Made by a program: the position numbers and the translations under genes. From positions 38,900-102,899 of the IMG/VR virus record IMGVR_UViG_3300021170_000010: a DNA stretch of 64,000 nt, one strand, 5' to 3'. The notes under the pieces are model-generated. The model was given only the letters and a program-made list of their open reading frames with translations, made no database searches and was not told the DNA's origin. This stretch comes from a virus. Of this stretch, positions 58,646 to 64,000 are shown piece by piece; the first letter of the stretch is position 1; every line of letters starts with the position of its first letter.

Positions 58646-59248
58646 ATGGCCTGGTCCTACGATCCTTCAGCATGGGTGGATGGCTCTCCGGTCGTCCACG
58701 CGACGGACTTCCAGCATATCGCTGCCGACATCCACACGTGGGGCGGCGACGTTAATGCCGGGGCGCATAACCTGACGAACGTCGCTGGCCTATCGTATCC
58801 CGGTGTGATGACAATCTCCGGAGCGACATTGGGGACTAGCGGCATCCGGCTCACCCCGACTACCGGCAGCGGCGCTCTGAGCGTCGGTGGTTCTGGTTCT
58901 GCCGATGATAAGCTATTCCTGGAGTGCTTCAATAACGCGGCATCCGGTTCCGCCGCCGAAGTCTGGCTGACTGGATACGCCGTAGCGGCTATGCCGAAGC
59001 TGTTCGTTGTAGCGACGACCGTAACGTACGGAAGTACGACCGGCTTCGGAATCGGAACGTCTTCTCCGACGGTCAGCGGCACTGGAATCTTGCACGTCAC
59101 AGGCAATACCACGAGATTGCTCGATACGAGTCGAACCCCAGCGAATAGCGCGGCATCCGGTAATGACGGAGAGGTATGTATGGATAATTCTTACGTATAC
59201 ATCCATACCGGCGGTTCCTGGCGCAGGGCGGCGGTATCGACGTTCTAA
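58646..59248 (+). CDS. short tail fibre-like protein
   Basis: C-terminal TP..S..SG..GE...D..Y.Y......W.R motif. Confidence 0.65.
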   Translation: MAWSYDPSAWVDGSPVVHATDFQHIAADIHTWGGDVNAGAHNLTNVAGLSYPGVMTISGATLGTSGIRLTPTTGSGALSVGGSGSADDKLFLECFNNAASGSAAEVWLTGYAVAAMPKLFVVATTVTYGSTTGFGIGTSSPTVSGTGILHVTGNTTRLLDTSRTPANSAASGNDGEVCMDNSYVYIHTGGSWRRAAVSTF

Positions 59249-59310
59249 ACGAAAGATTAAAAACGCGGAACGAGACCGCGCAGTAGCGTAGAATAATAGC
59301 GCATCGAGAG

Positions 59311-59871
59311 ATGCAGAAAGAAAAGGACTACCCCATGAACGCAGCAACGCAACTCGCAGCAGACTATTCCATCAAGTTCTTTGGCGTCTACGAAGACGCT
59401 GGCGATGGAGTGAACTATAACCTCGTGACGCCTCCGACGGACAAGCCGTTCATCGACAAGGCAACGGGCCAGATGATCGACGCGGGAGCGCCGGTCTTCG
59501 ACCGCAACGTTCAGTACATCGCGACGCCTCAGGCGCACGGCGACTTCGGAGCGATCCTCGAAGCGTGCGGCTATACGGTCGTGAAGGCCGACGGTCCTCC
59601 GGAGCCGAGCTTCGTCTACGACTTCCAGCACGGCAACCTCTGGCCCGCTGGCGCTCCCTGGTGGCTCGTGACCGGTCCGAAGTCGGACGGCAGCGGCGAA
59701 GCGACCGTGCCGATCAATCCGGCGGTGGTCTCGGCTCAGATCTTCTTGGACAAGGTCGTCAAGAAGTACGACGTCGATCATCCGGAGAACGAGTTCCCTG
59801 GCGCGGCTACCGCTATCACCGATATCAAGCTTCAGGTTCAGAACGCCATCGACGGAAAGGCGAACTACTAG
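59311..59871 (+). CDS. hypothetical protein
   Basis: Own promoter-like spacer; biased codon use. Confidence 0.6.
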   Translation: MQKEKDYPMNAATQLAADYSIKFFGVYEDAGDGVNYNLVTPPTDKPFIDKATGQMIDAGAPVFDRNVQYIATPQAHGDFGAILEACGYTVVKADGPPEPSFVYDFQHGNLWPAGAPWWLVTGPKSDGSGEATVPINPAVVSAQIFLDKVVKKYDVDHPENEFPGAATAITDIKLQVQNAIDGKANY

Positions 59872-59975
59872 TCTCCTTCATGGGGAGCCATTCTCTGCCG
59901 CTTCAGATCTCTTCCGAGTCCGAGGCGGCGGGGATGGTTAACGCTCTCCGTGATCTACCGAAAGAAAGAGAACCC

Positions 59976-60434
59976 ATGAATATCAAACGTTCGATCTTCA
60001 TCACGCCCGCGCTTCTGGCAATGCTCCTATTCGTTGGAGCTTCGACCGGATGCGTCAAGTCAGGCGCAGGCGCGACGCTCGTTCCGAAGACCCCGCAGCA
60101 GTCGGTGCTCGTATACAACGCCACGCTCGTCAAGGCTGACTACGCGGTATCCGATACCTGTAAGTCTCTCGGAGCGGCCAAGACCCTATCGCTCGCCCAG
60201 ACGAAATCCTGCCTCGTCGTCACAGACAAGATCGCGACCGTAGGCGATTCCATCCAGTCTATCGCCACGTCCACGTCTCCATGGACGGCGGCTGCCGCTC
60301 AGATTAAAGCGCTGCTCGATCAACTCGGAGCGCAAGCGCTTCTGTCTCAAGCCGGGATAACGTCCCAGGAGGTCCAGACGCTCTACTCGTCGGTCCTGGC
60401 GGCGATCACGCTCATCCAAGCGGAGGTGAAATAG
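59976..60434 (+). CDS. lipoprotein
   Basis: MNIKRSIFITPALLAMLLFVGASTG/C lipobox-like. Confidence 0.65.
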   Translation: MNIKRSIFITPALLAMLLFVGASTGCVKSGAGATLVPKTPQQSVLVYNATLVKADYAVSDTCKSLGAAKTLSLAQTKSCLVVTDKIATVGDSIQSIATSTSPWTAAAAQIKALLDQLGAQALLSQAGITSQEVQTLYSSVLAAITLIQAEVK

Positions 60435-60435
60435 C

Positions 60436-60639
60436 ATGGGAGCCTTATTCCTGGTCCTGAGCCAAGTCCTCCAACTCCTGCCGGTCGCGGCTACGACCGT
60501 CCAGGGAATCCGCAACCTTATCGCGAGCGATCCGTCGGTCCCGGCAGAACTCGCTGCGATCCTCAAAAGCGAAACAGACGACAGCGCGGCAGTCCATCAG
60601 AACTTGAAGGACTTCGTCGCCGCGAATCCGGGAGTATAA
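60436..60639 (+). CDS. small amphipathic/membrane protein
   Basis: GGAGG RBS; hydrophobic N-terminus. Confidence 0.55.
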   Translation: MGALFLVLSQVLQLLPVAATTVQGIRNLIASDPSVPAELAAILKSETDDSAAVHQNLKDFVAANPGV

Positions 60640-60644
60640 CTTTA

Positions 60645-60816
60645 GAGGGCTGCGCGTTCGCGGTGGGACCGTACGGCGAGAGCCGGTAAGACCAGAAAGG
60701 GGCGGCTTAACTAACCGCAGAAACGAGTATGGTCGAGACTGTCGAGGGCATGTCGGCTAACTGTATCGTCGAGAGACGAAGCATCCAGCCTTATCGAGAG
60801 GACGCGCCGAGCCTTC
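60645..60816 (+). ncRNA. candidate structured RNA (~170 nt)
   Basis: Closing stems GAGGGC/GCCTTC and GCGCGTTC/GGACGCGC; two GAGA tetraloop hairpins. Confidence 0.55.
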
Positions 60817-60998
60817 AAAAAAAGGAAGGTGATGAGAATTGACCAAACTATTCCGAACGGTACGACGCGCTGTCCTCCTGGCATTATTTGTTCAGCCGGG
60901 ATTCCAGTATGCGTTACAAACCGTTCGGATTATCCCGCGCCCCGGCGTGGTAAGGCTTGCGGGATAGGAAAGGCCACGCAAAAAAAGGAATATAAATT

Positions 60999-61349
60999 AT
61001 GACGCTGCAGCAAGCATTCACATTCGCGTGGAAGGAAGCGAAGTCTCTCTCGGCCTCGGTTACTTCCTACTTCGCAGCTAACGAAGCCACGATCAAGACG
61101 GTCGTGGACGACGTCAGTAAGGTGGCCGTCCTATCCGGCGCTCCGGCGGCTACCGTGACGAACCTGGACCACTTCGAAGAGTCCCTGGTCGGAACGGTGG
61201 CCGCAGCAGCCGCCGACGTGACCAAGGCGCAGTCTATGCAGGATATATTCGGGGATTCTCTCCCGCACATCCAGGCCATCGTCGCGACGCTGAAGAACCA
61301 TCCGACGGTTCAGTCGGTTACGGAAACCATTAAGGCCCAGCAGCAGTAG
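60999..61349 (+). CDS. hypothetical helical protein (lysis region)
   Basis: 116 aa; followed by a terminator-like hairpin. Confidence 0.55.
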   Translation: MTLQQAFTFAWKEAKSLSASVTSYFAANEATIKTVVDDVSKVAVLSGAPAATVTNLDHFEESLVGTVAAAAADVTKAQSMQDIFGDSLPHIQAIVATLKNHPTVQSVTETIKAQQQ

Positions 61350-61359
61350 TTTTTCTCCA

Positions 61360-61400
61360 GCGGGGCGCGTTTCACGTTTCGCGCGCTCCGCGCTTTTCTC
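61360..61400 (+). terminator. putative intrinsic terminator
   Basis: GCGGGGCGCG...CGCGCTCCGC followed by GCTTTTCT. Confidence 0.55.
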
Positions 61401-61449
61401 CTTCCCTAGATATTCTTCCCGTAAAATCATAATGCAAGGATGGTTCGCC

Positions 61450-61812
61450 ATGAAACTTCCTTTAGGTTTCGGAGAACTCGACTTCTCAGATTGGCTACGC
61501 GGCCTTCTAGCCGCATTCATAACGGGCGGATCTTCCGCAGTCGTTAGCGGAGTCGTCGTGACCGCAAATGATCCCCAGCACTACGCTCTCGGGACCGTTA
61601 AGTTCTTCGAGGTGGTCGGCTCCGTATTCCTCGTGAGCGGCACACTGAACATGTTTTCTTTTCTGCGTACGAAGCCGCTTCCTGAATTGAAAGTAGTGAC
61701 GACTACCGTTCAGAAGACGGAGCCGCTGCGCCCTTCCGGAACGGTCGTTACGACCGTAGCCGAAACCCATACCGAGCCAATTTCTCCGGATGGTCCGAAG
61801 GCTACAACCTAA
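61450..61812 (+). CDS. putative holin (two TM segments)
   Basis: W..GL.AAFI.GG...; FLRTKPLP after the second TM. Confidence 0.55.
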   Translation: MKLPLGFGELDFSDWLRGLLAAFITGGSSAVVSGVVVTANDPQHYALGTVKFFEVVGSVFLVSGTLNMFSFLRTKPLPELKVVTTTVQKTEPLRPSGTVVTTVAETHTEPISPDGPKATT

Positions 61813-62135
61813 TGCGTCTCTCCGAATTGCAGCCGCGCTGGATTCATCCTAACGTCTTCGTCTTCCTGTGCCCGCATTGCCAGAAGGATTTCTTAGCCTG
61901 TAAGAATATTGCGATGAGCGAGCGCGATCAGTGGGCGATGTTCGAAAAAGAGTTCGGCGAAGACTGGAACACCTTGGTTATTCCGATGAAGCCCGAGTTC
62001 TCTTGGGCGATTAGCGGTACCATTCCACAGAGACTCAATGCGTCCTTCCCCGACGACCTGACCGTCACGCCCTCAATCGACGCAAGCGCTTCCGGCCACT
62101 GGCATGGATTCATTACGAACGGTATGATTACCTAG
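61812..62135 (+). CDS. DUF6527-like protein
   Basis: FLCPHC...W...LTVTPSI....HWHGFITNG. Confidence 0.7.
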   Translation: MRLSELQPRWIHPNVFVFLCPHCQKDFLACKNIAMSERDQWAMFEKEFGEDWNTLVIPMKPEFSWAISGTIPQRLNASFPDDLTVTPSIDASASGHWHGFITNGMIT

Positions 62136-62138
62136 ATC

Positions 62139-62819
62139 ATGAAGGTTATTAGTTTCCTTCTCTTCTCCGCGCTTGCCGTCTCCGCGTGGCAGAAGGTCGA
62201 TCTGAAGTCTATCGACGCCGCGCAGAAGAAGGCCGGAGCCGATCAAGCGGCTGCCAGTAAAGCCGCTGCGGATTCTACTGCCCTAGAACGCTACAAGCTG
62301 AAGGAGCGGTCTGACGCGGCCAAGAAGGTAGATAAGGACCGTTTCTCGAAGCTCGAAGAGGGGTTAAAGGAAGTTCGGGAAGCTAGGGCCAAAGAAGTCC
62401 AGGACGCGAAGGATGCCGCCGACGCGGTAGTCAAGAGAGCCGCAGAAGATCACGCAGACCTTATGAAGGCGATCCGTAATGCCTCCATAGGCGTGATAGC
62501 CACGCTAATCGGAGCGCTGATTATGTTCGCGGCGAAGTCGTTCTCAGATAGAAGACATCATCGCAGAGAAGAATCCCAGATAGCGGGGTTGGTCAATACC
62601 AGCAACCACATTAAGGGACTCGTGAATTCGACGTACACGGCGGCTCTTCAGGGCCGATTAGATTCTACTCAGATCGCTCTAACGGCTCTCCTGGAAGTGG
62701 TGGCAAGCGCGGAGAAGCACGGAGAGGTTGCCAGTCCGGAAACGAAGCCGAGGATCGAAGCCGCGCGCAAGACGATCCGGGAACTTGAAATAACCCTCGC
62801 GGACCGTCTCAAGGCTTGA
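62139..62819 (+). CDS. signal peptide + coiled coil + TM protein (spanin/holin-like region)
   Basis: MKVISFLLFSALAVSA; coiled coil; IGVIATLIGALIMFA. Confidence 0.55.
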   Translation: MKVISFLLFSALAVSAWQKVDLKSIDAAQKKAGADQAAASKAAADSTALERYKLKERSDAAKKVDKDRFSKLEEGLKEVREARAKEVQDAKDAADAVVKRAAEDHADLMKAIRNASIGVIATLIGALIMFAAKSFSDRRHHRREESQIAGLVNTSNHIKGLVNSTYTAALQGRLDSTQIALTALLEVVASAEKHGEVASPETKPRIEAARKTIRELEITLADRLKA

Positions 62820-62845
62820 TCTATTATGGAAGAAGGAAGCGCGAT

Positions 62846-64000
62846 ATGGAAAGGTTAAAGTCCGCTCCGGGACGTCTCATTATCCATCACCGTGGAATCT
62901 CCGCTTCCGACCGGCGCATCGTTAACGCGCTGAAACCTCATCGCGCGAAACTCATATCTCATCATCCGGATCTCGGCGCTTCGGTGATCGAGGTTCCGGT
63001 CGGAACGGAAGGCGCGGCACGCGACTCCCTGCTTTCCCATCCGCTGATGCGCGACGTAGAGTTGGACTACTACGCCAGCACGAAGTCCTCCGCGCCGAAC
63101 GATCCGTTATTCTCGCAGCAGTGGTACCTGAAGACGATCCAGGCTATGGCTGCGTGGTCGATCACGACCGGATCGAGCGCGCCGATAGCCGTGATCGACA
63201 CCGGCGTTGACGCGACGCATCCGGACCTCGCGGGAGTGGTTCTGCCGGGATGGAACTTTGTGGCCAGTACGTCAGACTCAACGGATTCGCTCGGCTACGG
63301 GACGGCGGTAGCCGGAGTCATAGCGGCCAAGTCTAATAACGCCATCGGCGTATGCGGAATCACCTGGAAGAACCCGATCCTTCCGCTGGTCGTCGTGGAC
63401 GCGAACGACTATGCCGCGTACTCGAATATCGGAGCTGCAATCCAGTACGCGGTTGACTTCGGCGCGCGAATCTTGAATATCAGCATCGGCGGAGCGATGT
63501 CTTCTACGTTCTTGCAGAGCGCGGTAGACTACGCCTGGAGCAAAGGCGCGGTCGTGTTCTCTGCCGCGATGAACAACGGCTCCAGCGCTCCGTACTATCC
63601 GGCTGCGTGCGATAAGGCCGTGGCTCTCAGCGCGACCGACGGAGGCGACGCCATAGCTAGCTTCTCCGACTTCGGTCCGTGGATCGTTCTATCTGCTCCC
63701 GGAACCGCGATCCTTACGACGGCGAAGGGCGGCGGTTACCAGGAGTGGGAGGGTACGTCCTTCGCGTCTCCGATTGCGGCTGCCGTGGCCGCTCTAGTCC
63801 TGGCCGTTAATCCGTCCCTTAGCGCTGCGGCTCTAGTGGATCTCTTGATCCATAATTCAGACGACCTCGGAACGCCGGGACGAGACGATAAGTTCGGATG
63901 GGGAAGGATAAATGCCTTCCGCGCGGTGTCTGCGGCGGCGGGGTCGCCAGTGCCAGCGTCCGCAGTTCCTCAACCGAAGCCTAATCCTATGCCTTCACCA
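62846..64000 (+). CDS. S8 subtilase (thermitase-like), catalytic His replaced by Tyr; runs off window
   Basis: Not in ORF track. Hand translation from ATG 62846: PNDP...QW, IAVIDTGV...HPDL, LGYGTAVAG, SAAMN, GTSFASP. Confidence 0.85.
   Translation, partial: MERLKSAPGRLIIHHRGISASDRRIVNALKPHRAKLISHHPDLGASVIEVPVGTEGAARDSLLSHPLMRDVELDYYASTKSSAPNDPLFSQQWYLKTIQAMAAWSITTGSSAPIAVIDTGVDATHPDLAGVVLPGWNFVASTSDSTDSLGYGTAVAGVIAAKSNNAIGVCGITWKNPILPLVVVDANDYAAYSNIGAAIQYAVDFGARILNISIGGAMSSTFLQSAVDYAWSKGAVVFSAAMNNGSSAPYYPAACDKAVALSATDGGDAIASFSDFGPWIVLSAPGTAILTTAKGGGYQEWEGTSFASPIAAAVAALVLAVNPSLSAAALVDLLIHNSDDLGTPGRDDKFGWGRINAFRAVSAAAGSPVPASAVPQPKPNPMPSP

Noticed and set aside
60940-60980. CGTGGT...GCCACG resembling a pistol ribozyme
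   Set aside because: Spacing and the downstream conserved pistol elements do not fit; kept only as a generic pseudoknot.
1-64000. CRISPR array, tRNAs, integrase/att, diversity-generating retroelement, stop-codon recoding
   Set aside because: I saw no spaced repeats, cloverleafs, recombinase or reverse transcriptase, and core genes are full length in the standard code. This was by eye only.

Overview
This is about 64 kb of a GC-rich tailed (siphovirus-like) phage or prophage genome; both window ends fall inside genes. The left arm (1-18500) is mostly minus strand and holds many small early/accessory genes. These include a module of an NrdG-like radical SAM protein, DUF2997, DUF1257 and a Ycf46-like AAA+ ATPase, plus an HNH endonuclease, a solitary TnpB, a VRR-NUC nuclease, a SplB-like radical SAM protein and a candidate ~480-nt structured ncRNA. 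The right arm (18700-64000) is plus strand. It runs through TerS, TerL, portal, a methyltransferase/glycosyltransferase cluster, a degenerate bacterioferritin, an IS1595-family element (TIRs and 8-bp TSD; transposase truncated), scaffold and a P22-like major capsid protein. It continues with three signal-peptide-bearing virion-operon proteins (two fibre/spike-like), tail genes with a -1 frameshifted chaperone, tape measure, tail tip and fibres, a membrane/lysis region with structured intergenic RNAs, and a subtilase with a His-to-Tyr change. Top leads: (1) an AAA+ ATPase whose Walker B segment precedes its Walker A segment; (2) apparently Sec-exported, Cys-rich fibre/spike proteins in the virion operon; (3) a large end-paired ncRNA divergent from a TnpB whose 3' flank matches the RNA's start. 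All family calls are by-eye motif recognition; no database searches or folding programs were run.
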